64,000 bases of DNA from the NCBI GenBank assembly GCA_000934665.2, contig KZ537963.1, forward strand, positions 62,001-126,000. Reading direction: 5' to 3'. A program made the position numbers and the translations under genes. Numbering within the stretch: position 1 is the first letter of the stretch; each line of letters begins with the position of its first letter. Below, one piece after another: positions 1 to 15,000 of the stretch. This DNA comes from Catajapyx aquilonaris. Its lineage: Eukaryota. The notes under the pieces are model-generated. The model ran no database searches. It had not been told where the DNA came from and saw nothing but the letters and a program-made list of their open reading frames with translations.

Positions 1-3000
1 TTCTCATCCAAAGAGAGGTTGTCAATCAGTCTAGTCCACTGGGAGTTGGCGATAATTTTTTTTGAAGCTTCTGTCTGCAAATAGGTGCCATGCTTAAATA
101 ACTGTGAACATCGCTATGCTGCTCGGATGGCTGCTCTTTTCATGGTGCTTGCTACTGCAGGGATTGTGGTCAAGTTTGGCTAAACACACTTAAAGCTAGA
201 CGGCGATTTTCGACCAAGTGATCACCGCTATTCGTAGCGGTTACATTTGGGAACGGCTAACGGATAGCATCCTGGATTTATTGGTAGGGGTCGCCCCGAT
301 CTCATTTTTTGAAGGTTGTAAGGCTCATCTGAGATGATCGATCTGCGGATCTTGTCCACGGCCAATTCCCTGTCATCCGTTCCTCTATCGGCTTCTATCG
401 CGCACGTCAAACCTCCCACAAAGGAAACAGAAGCCTCCCCCAGCTCTTACCCTCTCCACATCATGCCAATCCTCCAAAGAGAATAGCGAATCAAGGGGGG
501 ACTTTGGTAAACACGTAAATAAGTTACGTACCACCAACTTAAGCATATGTACCCAGCACATTAATACCTCTTTTGTGTTTCAAAATATATGGCTGTTATA
601 TTCAGTAATTTCCTGCGGGTCTGAATTATGCAGAGATGATGGTGGCCACCGTTTCAAGTCATGTTACACTGTAAAGTCTGGTTCTGGCGGGCTTCAAACG
701 CATCTCTCTGGCAACATTGGGGGGAGAGAAAGAAAAGGTGCGTCAATTATTAAAGGCCCTCTAGTTCGCCAGAGACATCGGCTTGGGAATAGGTTTGTTT
801 CAAGCTGCGGCTGCCGGCAAGCATCCCCACAGTATAAGTTATAGGAGAGGGTTGGTTGGGGAGGAGGAAATACAGAAACTGCGGGGACACGATTTCTTCC
901 CAGAGAAGCAGACCTCTATTATTCTGAGAAAGCCGCCACTTCTGTGTGTTGAATTTACAAAGGAAAGGCCATAATTATATCAGAGCCTGCTACGGTTTAC
1001 CTTAGACGCTGCAGAATTATGGAGCAGGAGGCGGAAGTTATCAATTCGGAATATGTCACATAGAAGAACGGTCTACATTACTAGTTTCTACATGTGTTAA
1101 TAACTCTAAATTAACGAGTTTAATGCGGCCTACGCGGTCGTTCATGGGTAGCCAATTTGCAGTGTATTTGCACAAAAAATCCGTGTAACAATGAGTGGCA
1201 TCAACGGAATTCTTTTGAATTCAAAGAGCCAGTGTTTACTCCCGCCAAATACAGCTGACCCGTAAAGTCAGTTGGATTTACGCTCACTTCCTAAGCAAAG
1301 AACAATGACTTTTTAATCGAGTCGCTAAAAGACAGAGCAGGGTGACAAACAACAGGTTATTAAAAATGTCCCGGCTCACAAAATAGTTCAATGCAAAATT
1401 ACAGGACCTCTCCCGCACTGCAGCCCCCATCAATCGTCTAATAGATATCATCACAAATGCATAATGAGAACTGCATAGGCCTGCCCCTGTAAAGCCCGAA
1501 TGATCTGATACTGCAAGGTAATTAATTTTTATGCAACCTTTGCTAACTGCATTAATTTTGTCATTAGTCCGGGGCACTGTACGGACCTATCTTGTTACTA
1601 TGGTCCACTCATACGTGGTGATCACGTGGACTTTTTGTTTCGAAAAACCGGGAAATATTATCGACCTCTATAATATGATGTTCCATCATCCAACACACGC
1701 TGACTAATATATCTGTTACCCCAACTAGCCGCATCAATATGGAATGAGGTGACGGACACGCCGTAATTAAAACTAGCCTTTTCACGGCCCCCTGTTCTGT
1801 AATTGGCTGCAACATTTTTTTAAAAGGCGGAATAGAATTGGGGCCCGTGTAATCCACGAATTATCATTAGAGGCGTATGCACTGTCACAAACGGACATGG
1901 CCAAGTTTCTACTGGCATGATAAGGCTAGGCAATCACTAATAATTAACGCGGGCTAGAAAACCCATTGCATGTCTTTACTGCCCTGGCTTATAGACGTTA
2001 CAGCAGACTCGTCTTCCACGACTATACACCCCTATTTGCCTTTGCAGAAAATCGATTGGTCTCATTCTTTCATTCCTCAACTTTAGTGCAAGAATCCTCT
2101 CTGGGCGGCGTCTTTTAAAGCGACACTTTTTTTAAACCTGAACTTTGTCAAATATTATACAGAGCACTGGCCCACCCCCCTTTTTGCATGCGGAGTGGGT
2201 CGTAATGTGATTACGTGCACTGTGAGCCTGATTATTATTTTACAAATTAAGGCCGAATTTCACGTGAGGTAAAGCTTAAACGTGGTAATTCGTTGAAATT
2301 TTTTTTAAACTTTTACAGTGTATTAACAGCCCCGTAATATCCCTGATATATGGGGGTTAGGTCTCATTAGGTCGTCGACTGTTTATTGCCTCGAGTACGA
2401 ATGTTGATTTCTCTTTTTGTTTGCCAAGTATGACTTGACTGGAATGCTAGCTAGTTTGTAATTAGGCGGTAATAACTGTTGAATCTCTGAAGAATAGTGC
2501 GCCTTGTGTCAATAGCATTTAGTTGCATTTTGTAGCCAATTCTTTTACGTTTCTGCATGGTTCAACAACTTGACAGCAAAAATGTAATAATTACACTAAA
2601 CTTTAAATGCAGCTGATTTATTGTAATATAGGCAAAGCCCCATATCACTAGCCCTATTCTTGTGTAAATATTATCGCATTGCGCAATATATTGTACCAGT
2701 TTGGCATTACATTATGTCAATATTTTGCACACACTTAATATCAATGAAAGAATTCGGCTTATTTGGAAAGTTTTATCCGATTTTACAATTATTTGTACTT
2801 TATATGCGTTTCAGAGTGAGATACGTATGTGTGTCAGTATTAGACACAGCAAAATTTGACATGCATATGTCCATACCAAACTCTATCCATTCGGTTCTCA
2901 TTCTGAACTAATATACTGGAACTGTTGCTATTCAGCTCAAACTTTTGTGCCAGTTCCTGATATCAGCAGAAAGAGAGCAAAGTAAAACACTGGGGAAAAT

Positions 3001-4675
3001 GTAACGACCACTTTCATTAACGTCCAAGAGTCAAGACACATGCAAATGTTTCCTGCTGGTTGGATTTATCAGATGGGATATATGGATTCGTTATAATCTG
3101 CTTTCTTTGACACCTGTCAACGCGTTCATGTGATCGTGTTTGTCATGTTATTTTCTTACACTGCAGTGTGATTGCTGAAGTACTATGCACTAGAACATCA
3201 ACAGTCTAACACGAATCTTCAAGGAACCAGAAAACACCTTGCGTTAAGATTCGAGTTTTAAAGTGTTAAAAATTCAATCCACATGTTTTGGTCTGGCTTT
3301 AACCTTTATGGCTGGAAGCGCTCAAATTCTCTCCTCAGCACATGCTCTTGATTGTTGGCTATGTTGTTACAAACAACTAATAACGATGAGGAAACTATAT
3401 TTTTCTTTAAAGTTTGGTGCTCTCCCGCTTTAGACAGTACACGAGAAAATCCTATCCAAATATGCCAGAAGCTTCAACTTTGGAAACTTTAAAATGCACA
3501 TACAGTAAATTACATGGCCCCAAGTAACCATCATAACACTGTCAGGATTAAACCAAAAATCCCCTTCACCCTACAAGAGTGCTGATGGCTGCATAGCACC
3601 AGGATGGATTTTTCCCAAACAAATTTTTGACATGAAACACCTAATATGACTCCCCGTAGCTTATGCGCCGTACTCAAACCGAGACACCATGAATTCTCCC
3701 TCCCCCCCCAAAAAAAATAATCAGCGCGTCGAGTCTGCATTACACAAAATTACAGCCCACGAAAAAGTAAACAACCATCATCTCCCAAAAATTATCCGTA
3801 TATTTGTGCCTGCTGGGATTAATTCTGCCCATTTCATTTCCACACACAAAAAAAAATCAACGACTCACATTTTCCGTGTCGCCACACGCACAATTAACCG
3901 TCCTGCAAATTTATTCTCGTAGGGACACGAAGACTGGAAACACCCAATGTTGGATGAAGACTTGGAAGTGATAGCTAAGCATCGGTAATACAAGAAGCCG
4001 TTTGCAATAGGACTCTCACTGTTTTCCGCACCCAACCCTCCCCTCCCCTGGAATGGCTCTATCGGGAGTATTTATAGCAGTCGTCACGGCCGGGTAATGT
4101 TATCATTCCCAATTGTGACACGCAGCCTACGCCACCTTTCCCCCTCCATAAGGCTTCATAAAGGCGTGAGGAATGGCGTCTGCGAGCCCCCAAGTTGCAG
4201 CCGTAAACTTCACCTTTTGTTCCAAATTCGCAGGACGCCACCGCCTTGGGAGCCACTGTAGACCCACGCCGAGGCCTCCTTCCATCCATCCGTCCCCAGA
4301 GGACCTTCACGACATGACCTCCATTTTGCACTTGAAGGATGACCTCCGCCACTGCGGAATTCATCCCGTGTTTCTCCTAGTTGTGATTATGCCAGGAATA
4401 TATTGCTGCATATTTAAGCTGCCCCCAGAGATAAAATACAGTGTCGTGCTTGCTTTGCCCAGGCTACACAAATGCGACCCATGCTTTTTGTTGGGATGTC
4501 CCGTTTTAAGTGGAAGGGACGAAACTGGAGATCAACGCGATTCAAAACTCTTATCTGGTCCTTTTAAACTGCTACAATGTATGTAATGAAACGTACTAAA
4601 CGGATGGTGCACTATTCAAGTTCACTGTCCAAAATTGTTCGCCGTACCAACCAATCCAAATTATTCTGCCAAAAA

Positions 4676-4913
4676 TGAGGGGTCTGAGATGATGTAAAAA
4701 AAAAAAAGCGGCCAAGTCAACTTTGAAAAACTAGTCGTACAGTAAAATGAACAAAAATTCACTGGTGCAACCGTATTACTTCCCTAATCATATTGCCAAA
4801 GTTCAGATACATACGAGAATGTGCAATATACAGTATAATACCCGATGACAGTAAAATACATAATTGCTGCACGTATTTGTGTGACACCCCCCATTTTTGA
4901 TCTGAGACCCATC
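4676..4913. mobile_element. Old mariner-like MITE remnant; related copy near 26805-26874
   Basis: Shared GCACGTATTTGTGT.ACACCCC and ATGAGGGG.CTGA.A...AAAAA..GCCAAGT segments at both loci; imperfect TGAGGGGTCTGAGAT / GATCTGAGACCCATCA ends. Confidence 0.45.
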
Positions 4914-7900
4914 AAAAATATACAAGAATGGCCAAAAATGTCCAACAAAAGAACAGCTTCAAGATTCTGACAACTTATTTGAATGCGTCTAAATTGATTG
5001 GATTTGCCTACGAATAACGTCCCCTCCACTTCAATCACGTTATTACCCCCCTCAAAAAAAGTCAAGTGTTTTAATAGTATATTATTAGAACCGCCCTCCT
5101 TTTGTGTCCTCCCCACACAATATCCCGTCCTGGAGACCCTTCACAATAAACAAGGGGACGATAAATACCACACATGCGACCTGATATTGAGAATTTTGGG
5201 TAGGCCTATCTGACACGTCATCGCTCTTGAGTCAACATGCGTTCAGTGCTCTTTTCCCTACACGTCAAAAGAAAACCATTTCTGCTCACGAAACCCGCGC
5301 AATCTGCCTCAGAATCGCCATGTATGTGACCTCCTTCGTCCCAGGTCATCTCCAATGACCCAATTGTCCTGGACTCCTTCGCGTGATGGTTATACTATAG
5401 GAACCAATCATCGGGAAACCGGAGGTCCTGTAAGTGACAACCTGCTGACATGGTACTCAGCCAAAATTGAATGTATCGGAAAGCGATGCAACCAGCACTT
5501 ATCTGTATCAAACTCTCCCGAAATTTCATATATAGGAGGACCAGGAAATTTGATAACGGCGCCGGATTTGGTCGAGAAACTTTCAATTAGCAGTTGGAGG
5601 GTTGCCGGATGCAACAACTCTTCATCTCTCCAGCATCCAGACAATGGGTGGGGTGTGTCCGGGACACACTCTTTTGCCTGCGTGGAGTGAGATGGATCCA
5701 AGTTTGTTGTGTTGTGTAGCTTGCTGATGATGGAAGCGCAGCCCATTACCGGAAACCTCAAGGGATCGTTCTGGCTGCTGTTGCTTCAGGGAGAGTTTCG
5801 CTTTGCAAAGCAAAAGTGTCATGATTTGTGTCGGTGTATTTTGAAACTTTCTCTCGACAAACTCTCTCTACAAGGATAGATTGTTTCTGAAGTTTCTCTC
5901 CTCTAAAAGACGTGGTTGGAAGTGGAGGACATTTCCTGCACCTCATTTGTTGCTCGAGACGACAACTCGGGAAGGGTATTCACTCCATCTGCTAGTCCTC
6001 TGATTCGCGAAACTGAACAGTAAATGTGATATTGATTTCCGAGAGTCATATTTTTTTGCACTCGGATATTACTCGCCCAATTTTTTATTATACTGGAAAG
6101 CCTGGCTAACACCAACTTGTTTCAGGCACCTTTCCAATAAGCATGATGGGCAATTACAACATTAAATCATTAAAACCCAGATATTGATTAACGTCTCGTT
6201 CCGTTTCCGAACATTACGGGGCAGTCAATGCTGATATTGGGGCATAAATTTTAGGACCAACACTGGCACCCCCTTTTGGGAGCCGAAACGGAGCATTATC
6301 GTTTCCAGTCGCACTAGTGGCTAATGGCAGGAATAATTTGCCTTTATTATAGGCATTTAGTATTAAGGGGAAAAGGACGTGAAAAGGTCCGAAAAAGAAA
6401 AAAAAGGGGGGCAAAAAATTTCCTATTGGAATCTTGCTTGTTCTATACATTTTTTGCAAATTTTTGGAAGGGTTCTTAAGTGGCAAACTTGTCGAGAAGG
6501 TCATATGGGAGAAGGAGCTTGGGCTTAGGATTTTGGCAGCCATGTCACGAGGAAGGAAGTGTGGCGCTGGGGCCCTCCAATTGCCACTTTTCATGCAAGG
6601 GGACAGGATGGGCACGCTCTCTGCGCCAGAAAATCTGGGCTCGTCACAATATTATCTCCATCAGGGCATAAGGGACACCTTCCTACGGCCCTCCTCTTGA
6701 CATTCGGGGAGGCACGGACTCCGACCCGGAGATGGCGCCAAGGGTTGTCGCTGCTCGTCATTCCGGAATATCCTGGGAAATAAAACTGCGCGGACATTTT
6801 TAAAACGAAAAATAAAATAATAAAAAAATTCGAAAGAGAGAGACAAGCATGGCCTTCACGTCGGATTCAAATGACCGTATTCGGAAAAGTCGACGGAATA
6901 ATTCATAGCCGGGAGATGCGGAGGAAAAATGTTTGGCGAGTTGTTGCTCTAGTAAAGTTCAATTCCTGCTTGATTTTATGTGCAGCTGTGATTTCAAACG
7001 ATGATCATAACTTATGCGATTAGAGCTACATATCTTGCCAGGCCACAAATCTAGTTAAAATGTATCTGCAAATTAACCCTCTTGGCCAAATGTGACACGG
7101 CTTTCCTTGGCATCGGAAACCTCCAAGAATATTCGTTTCTTCTCTTCTTCTTCCATGTTTCTCTTTTTTCCTCCTCCCCGCCCATTCTCCATTCCGATTG
7201 CTCTAAAACCCGGTTGTCCGGGCCTGGAATATTTATTGCGGAGGCAGTGGCATCAGAAGCAAGCAGGAGGGATATTCTTCACGTCCGGAGAAGAAAGCTA
7301 AGATAAGGAATGTGACTGCTGGAGGGATATAGTGGTAGTACCTACACTCTGGAGACTTGCCCTCGATACCACCACTGTGCAATTATACTCATGCTTCTTG
7401 TACTAAACTCTCTGGAAAATGTGCAGTTCACTGCCACTTTCATTGTATAGCATCGATTTATGGATGTGTCATCTCTAAATAAATTTTTCAACGTAATGAA
7501 CGTCTCCAGAAGTAATGACATCAGTCAACATTTGTCTAATAAAAAAATAAGCTGCAGATTACTTCGGATGAAAAATTGCCTTAATTGGCATCGTTTCGAC
7601 ACGATTCACTCCTAACATAAGGCACATCTGTAATAAGGGTGACTTTTTTTTACAGAAAAAGTAAGGGGAGCCTTTCATAATGAAGACTAGGGGGGACAGA
7701 AGGGAGAGAGAGAGAAAAAAAGGCTGCCGATATTACTATCTAAGGAATTCTTCGAACTCGGTGCAGCAGAGAAGAAATATGGACACCAATTTTCCTCCCT
7801 TTTAAGAGTTAGGGAAGGGGAGAGAAAATTGCGTGACACGAGGCAAAATGCCAGGCTCGTTCATCATGTACGCAACGCATGCGTCTGTCTTCTGTGTGTG

Positions 7901-10900
7901 TATTATATCCCCCTTCATCTAAGTGTCCCTGGCACTCATTTCCCAATTTGACGGAAAAAAAATTTACTAAGGCAAGTGTGCATGATTGATGGATATTTTA
8001 TTATAGAAAATGTCGACCGGACTCTCGCCTGTTTTTTTTCTTGGCTCCAAAATGGAGTTTCCAAGCGTAAGGTTTATGCGGAAAGAAACATCTCCCAGGT
8101 TGGGCCATTTCATGCGGCTCTCTGCTCGTTTTTTTAGGAGGGTCCTCATAATGTCAAGCATACAAAACAAGACCCTGTTGGGTAATGGTTGCAAGAAATA
8201 TTTGACCTGCATTAAAAAAATAGCAGAAAACGTGTACAAGCCAGCATTACAGGAGCGGTGGCCTGAGACCCATGAAATATGTGCTGGGGGTCCGGCTGGA
8301 ATTTGGCAGTGATGAAGAAAATACATCAGGCATTCTGTGTACGCTGGCAGACCACTTGGGAAGTGTCCCTGCGACCCACCAAGCCCCATCTCTTTTTTTT
8401 ACTGTTTTTGGGACCAGGCCTTAAACTCCGGGCCGTTTAAATCGTCACTTCCAAAATTAAATTACATGCGGCTTGTAACTTCTGCTGAATCGTCGACATT
8501 CCCAATTAAACCGTGTTGTAGCGTGATTCAACTCGTGATGTTGCTGTCAGGTTGATTTGCTACCTGCTACTATTGAAAAAAAGGTCGTTACTTTGTATCG
8601 ATATATCGATATTCATGGGTGTCTGTTGCGCTCCGGACAGACATATCTTGCTTTAACAAAACAGTCGCTTTAATAGCAACTTATCGTAATGAAAATACAC
8701 TCCATCATGCATCCAGCAGGCACCAGCCAGACCGCACAGAGTTCACCCCCTCCAACATAATACAAGGCAATTTGCTTATTAGATCTAGATGCAGGTGGCC
8801 TTTAAGAAAACGCCGCGGGCGATTACCGTGCCTGAAATTACTCCTAACCAGAAGGCAAGGATTGGCCGTGAAGAGCAACTAATGTGCAAGGGAGGTCTCT
8901 CTCTTTTCCTTCCAGCATTCCATCCGACCCCTCTCAAGAATTATGTAAATGGGAGGGAAAAGCATAATGGGAAAGTAGGGGAGAACTCCCGGTCCTTTTC
9001 ATTCCTTGGCCTCCCTCAAACTAACGAAGTGAAATGCAGCCTCCTACTTTCCTTCCTTGGCCATTGTGGGGGCTCTGGTGCTTCTTATAAGAGTGCCTCC
9101 TTCTCATATTATGATTGATATTCTTCCTGACGCTCTCTTATTTTTTTTCAGAGTGCTTGGTGTACGCCTATAGTCGATAGTACTTCCCCCTCTCTGCCCC
9201 CCTTTATATCCACCCGCCACCTTCCGAATGGTTTGCTTCCCACGGAATTTATAGGACTTATACGCTGGGGGCCTCTTAGCTGCCGGAGCAATTATTGCTC
9301 GGTTGGGCGCCATTTATGAGCTCTTAGTCCAATTGCCCACGTGGAATAATACATTCCTTCGGATGTCATTTTAACCCCCCCACGTGGAAAGCCAGCCTTT
9401 CACTTCGCTTGAGAGGCAGACCGGGTGTCGCAAAAAACACTGGGGGAGTCTGTGCAGGGTTGGGGAGTGATTAGCAAACAATAAATAACACCTGTTAAAT
9501 TTGTCACGTGTTAAAATGAAAGTTAGCCAAAGAAATTGCTGGAGCCCGTGCAGATTAAGCGTTCACCAGAGTGTGCGTGTTATAAAGCTATCGCAGGCAA
9601 CAAAAGAAGATACTAAACGCGTGAAGTATAAAAATCACGAGTAATTGCCCACGTGCATTGTTCGGGCATACTCGGTTGTTGGTAGAGGGAAAAAGAGACT
9701 TAAAAGGCCCGCAAACTATATGCATAAAAAAATTTCACATAATTAAAGAGCAAAGTGGTCGTTTATTATACGCACCGCTGCAACACAAAAGTTAATAAGC
9801 CTAATCATATTAGTGCGTGCAAAGTATCTGTCACTTTACAGCCAGGGCTACACGAGCCTGGGAAACTCGCGATAATAAAATTCGCGGGGGCCTTGTATGG
9901 AAGAAAAACGCAATCTCGATCCCCAAACCCTTTGCTTTATAGCCCTCTCCGGGAAATTTCTTAAACCATGTGCAAGTAAGGAGTAAGTAAGGCCACTTTA
10001 ATCACTATAGACACCATTTGCACAATTTAACATAGGATGTGTCTATTCAACCTAATAATTTTTTTTGAAAACTTCAATAGCAGAATGTTGGTGTGGCATC
10101 CCATGTTCTAGTCTTCTAGCGATAGGTCTCCTTCAGGCGGTGGTGGAAAAGGTTAGCTTGCACCTATACACAGCTCTGAGAGAGGGGGGTGGGGTTATAA
10201 TCTTCCAGTCGACTTGACAATATGCACTCTGCTCCCCCGCCTGCTTGCCCTGGGATATCTCATCTGAGGAAGGGCCCCCGGAATGAAGCAGACAAGAGCA
10301 ATGAGCTGGTCGTTTGCCTGGTAACGAGGGAATAGGAGACATGGCTCGGAATGCTCGTGCCATTTACTGGGCGTGGCAGGCATGGCAACAGATTTGGCAG
10401 AAAAAGAGGAAAGGAGGAGGCATGTATTGAATGAATTAAGTCAGGTGTCCTGCAGGAACACTGCTGGACATCCCCTTCCTGAATTCATGAAAGCTTCCTC
10501 AGAAGAAACATTCATGGAATTGACATATCTTTAAAGATACAGCAGGCGTGTGCATGATGCTGTGTATGGTGTGTGGGGCTAACCGTTGTCAACAATCACA
10601 TAATTACTACTTCGCATGGTTGTGCGCAGTAAAAGGGCCAAAAATTATTTCCGGAGGTAATTATACTAGCATGCTTTAATTGGAAGTCATGAATTGATTT
10701 CCCAGCAGCTACAGTACATTACCGCACAGATTGCAATTAACAGCAAACGAGCCAGGGCTATAGTCATCACTCTCAGTTCAGTAGTCATATATACCCAGGG
10801 AGATGCAAACACGCAAAATAATAACAAACGGGCCGGTTTGACGCTCCGTTCCTGGAAAATAGTATTACCTCCGCAATTACCATTCAATTTGTGCGGATTG

Positions 10901-11651
10901 CAATTGGAGCGTGCATTTCGGTCATACAAAATATATTGCGACCAATCACTCACTATCCAGCAGTGTATGCATAGCAGCATAAGATGCTATGAAGGGATGA
11001 TGCTATGCACCTAACAAGTCTTTTGTTCTGAGCATGAGGCAGAAGGCCGAGGGATCAAAGACCCCCGCCATCCTTTGATGGAAATTCAAACTTTTATTAC
11101 AGCGAATATTGGACCCATCCGACGTGAAACAATATTAATCCAGCAGCTCTTCGCCCAGACTCTTCTTTTATTCTCATCCTTTATTCATAAATTTCAAGCT
11201 TTTGCTGGTTATCTTGAAGAGAAAATTAAATGAAACAATACCCTGGAGGAATAAGGCCCACATCCCCTTTTCACTGCACGTTACAACAAGCAACCATCAA
11301 TACTCTTTAAAGTCACGAAACAACGTTTGCAACATGAACCTTATTGTTACTAAAGCCACAGTACGAGAGTAAATACGAAAAGAGTGACCAAATAATAAGT
11401 ACGAATTTATAATGCTCTTGCTATTTTCTTTCAGCCAATGTTGTTATTATTAGATACTTTCACTTAATCTAGATTATGTTCCTTTATTTTTGAAATATTT
11501 TATGAGCAAATGAAGAGCTAACGTAATACTAAAAATCTAACAGCTGTACATGAGGTGTCCTACATATTTGGGTCAATACGTGACAATTTTATTAATGCAA
11601 CAATATAAACTCAGCAAATAATCAGGTCGTACCAATAAGTGTCCATAATCA

Positions 11652-11654
<3 letters not shown>

Positions 11655-11702
<48 letters not shown>
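11655..11702. repeat. (TC)n microsatellite
   Basis: Directly visible perfect dinucleotide run. Confidence 0.97.
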
Positions 11703-11708
<6 letters not shown>

Positions 11709-12004
11709 CTTCCAACCCGTGAAGTCTATTGAATTTCCAGGAGATTAAACAACAATTCACCGTCGTGGTGACACTTCTAGCTGTTAACATGCTTCTGGTC
11801 CTGTAAAATAAATCCGCTGCGTTCAGTTCAAGGACTTAATTCCGTGAAGGAGGTTCCCGTGAAAAGATGGGGCCGTGTCCCGAAATAGCGTGTACTTTTG
11901 GGAAGGGCTTAAAAGGCACCTTGATCGAGGCGGCATTCGAATGAAGGCAAATCACGTGATCTTTAGCCTTAGCCCTGGAATACGTTTGCAATTCGGCAGC
12001 AGAG

Positions 12005-12007
<3 letters not shown>

Positions 12008-12035
<28 letters not shown>
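12008..12035. repeat. (GA)n microsatellite
   Basis: Directly visible. Confidence 0.95.
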
Positions 12036-15000
12036 TGTAAAGAAAGCGCATCTGTGCAAGGAGATAGGTTCAAAGAGCCGGTGGGTAAATAAGCCCCGAA
12101 GAGGGGTTGGAACCCATGGCTCCTGATTTATGCACCAGATTCTGGTTAGAAGTAGAGGGCATCACAAGCCAGAAACTCCCCCGTTGCTGTTGACTCCTTC
12201 GCAAAACCGCTTCCAGATCAAACTATCTTTGCCGGGCAACGACAAACTGGCCAGATTCATGTGGGGTCGTCTTTGGGTTGACATTTCCAAAACCACGCGT
12301 TCCAGTAAGGGATTTAAGCGTCAAACGGTCTACTTACTATTAAAACATCAGTGCTCGTTAACAGAATTGATATAACTTATTTTTAAAAAAACATTCACAT
12401 TATGTGCTGTGGCCATGAAGTTTTTCGATCACAACTTTACCTTTCCGTAAATTTCAATCGGCATCCCTAACCAGGATAGATCCTGGAGCCCCGGAGAGTG
12501 ACAGAGAATTTTGGGCCTCTAAAAAAGGAACATCAAGCTCAGACATAGCGTAGAGAGAGAGGCAAAGGCTTTGTGTTTGCTCCCAAGTTTGGTGAACAAC
12601 AGTGGGATTAACTTGCGCCTGGGTCACGTGGGGGGGTCTAGAATTGAATAAGGACGAAAGCAAGACAAGGAAATAGCTAGAGTCGAATCCGCTCGTTTCT
12701 CTCGGAATCACACAGGCGGCAAACATCCGAGGCCCCCGATTCTATGTGCTTGCTTTGCCTTTGCTTCCTTCGCGCCCCTATACCTTGTGCTCTATAGAGA
12801 GAGAGCTGGGTCTGCCCTACTCTCTCTCTCTCTCTCCTCCAAATGCAAAGCGACACCGCTAATTAAGGAAAGGAGTAATTAAAGATGCGAGAGGAGAGGT
12901 GGCTGTCTCTTTCCGAAAAGGGAGAATGAGCTTTGTGGGGCTCAAATCCCTGATTGCACATAAGTGCGCCGGGTTCATTCCATTCTCCGCTTGCATCTTA
13001 TATCTCCAAGGGTCTTGAGAGATACACGGTCTCTTGTAGCACCTGACAACCAGGCTGCTACTTGGTCAGTGTCTGACATTACATGTTGTTAACTTGTTTA
13101 GAAAATTGCAAACAAATTATCTGAAAAATTATCTTCACCAATGTAAAACCCAGACAAAAATTATTGGTTATAGTTTATTATGGCGAAACACTGCTTGAAT
13201 GCAAACTCACTGATAATGCCTGTGCTAATGACGCCACGTTATGTATTTACACCGACGGACTTTAACAGCTCGTCAATAAACATCAGCTTTGCACCAATAG
13301 AGCAAGGCGTCAGAGATAATGCAATGCAATATGCTTCATAAAGAGTAGCAATCCCGCTTAGCTAAGCAACTCAGATACAATCTAGGCCTAGGTTTTTATA
13401 TGCAGACTCACAACTCTCTCACCCAATTTTTTTATTTAAAGTGTCACGACACGTGTGAAAAAATATTGGGTCCAAAGTTGCGATTCCCTATTTGATCCGG
13501 GCAATTAATACACATTTTATAACTCGATCCAATACAGAAAGGCCCCTCTTTTTTATGGCGGGGGGGATTTATTAAAGGCCTTAGTTTAACGACCTCGTTG
13601 AAATAATATTTCACCCTCAACATTTCCCCGAAGCACTTTTTACGGGTTTGGAGCCCTTAAAAGTCGGGGAATAACAGCGGGAGGGATGGCATCCTCACTC
13701 TATGTCCCTGCAATTACGAGGGATAGAGAGGAGACTGGTGAAACCAATCTGCTTCCATTCCATCTACATAAGGAGATTTTCAATTTTATGCGTGCTTGGC
13801 TCCCTGATTGGCTACTCTTCTGGTAATGGCCCCACTACCCACATCATGATGGAGTGTTCAGGATTGCCCCTTAGTAACATGTCGCAAAGTTCGCTTAATT
13901 TTATTCTAATTTCTTTCTATAGGATTTATACTGTAAAATAATTTGCATGCAAGCTTTGGTGATTTTCTCTGGCTCTATATAAGGAAATCGATAGGGCTGG
14001 CCCTGCACATCGAGCTGGCGTAACAGGATCCGAGACGCGGCAATGTACTGCATGCATCGCACTTGAATGCAAATGCGCTCCATGCACTAACACAACTACC
14101 AGCCAGCAAATCCTTTTCAGCTGGTCCAACCAGGCGACACCCGATTTCCTGATCCATTCGATCGCACAAATCACAAGCACCTGTTGCCACTCGGATGCCT
14201 TCTGCAGAGCTATAGGAAGGTTCTAAAAAATTGGCCCCACACATTTAATTGTAGGTTTTGGATAACACCCACTGTGACTAATGACGGACAAAAATAGCTG
14301 GGCAATGTTATCTCACTGCATTTTTGTGTCAGCAAGCAAACCATCCTCGGAACGAAGCGATTACATATTTACCACCCTTTCCACACACACACAAAAAAAG
14401 CTGGGTGTCGACCCAATAGAAGTGAAGTGAACCGAGAGATCCTGTGCAGTGATGAACTGTGCTGCTGTGTTTAGAATCGTCCCCTGCATACTGTCCCTTA
14501 TCTGCGTCCCCCCCCCCCTCCCTCTCTTTGGTCAACGAGCATCACCGGACACACCAGCAAGCCTGGCCACATCAAACAAAAGTGGGGGGACTGACGGGTA
14601 ATCGCGGCCAAACCGGTTACAAATTAGCCCTTTTCCGGTAAAACATAATTAGGCGATCGGTGGGAATGAACTGTGCCAACTGGGTACAAATCTCCGGGGT
14701 TTCAAGAGGGGGGGAGGAGAGTGTTGTGCACGTGTATGTTTCGGCGATTATCCCTTGTTCCCTGCACCAAAACAAGACCACAATACGACAAGTGGATACC
14801 AAAATCACTGCTTAGCTTACAGGAGCAAAGGGGGTTTAGAATATTAAAGTGAGTCGAGGGGGAAACCATTCGCTGATAGCAGCACAGTAAATAAATAATT
14901 TAATATGCAACTGGTCAGCTTTAATCGAAGTTCACTTTAATGTTACATCAAAGAAGTGGCCTGAACATTCCCCGTTCTGTGAGCTTGACTTACGACATCA

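Noticed and set aside
5355..6115. Cluster of overlapping 60-117-aa ORFs
   Set aside because: No recognisable motif or consistent splice structure; a decayed TE or viral fragment cannot be excluded without a homology search.
12085..12135. tRNA/SINE-like B-box on the minus strand
   Set aside because: Only a T-arm-like fragment; no A-box or cloverleaf could be built.
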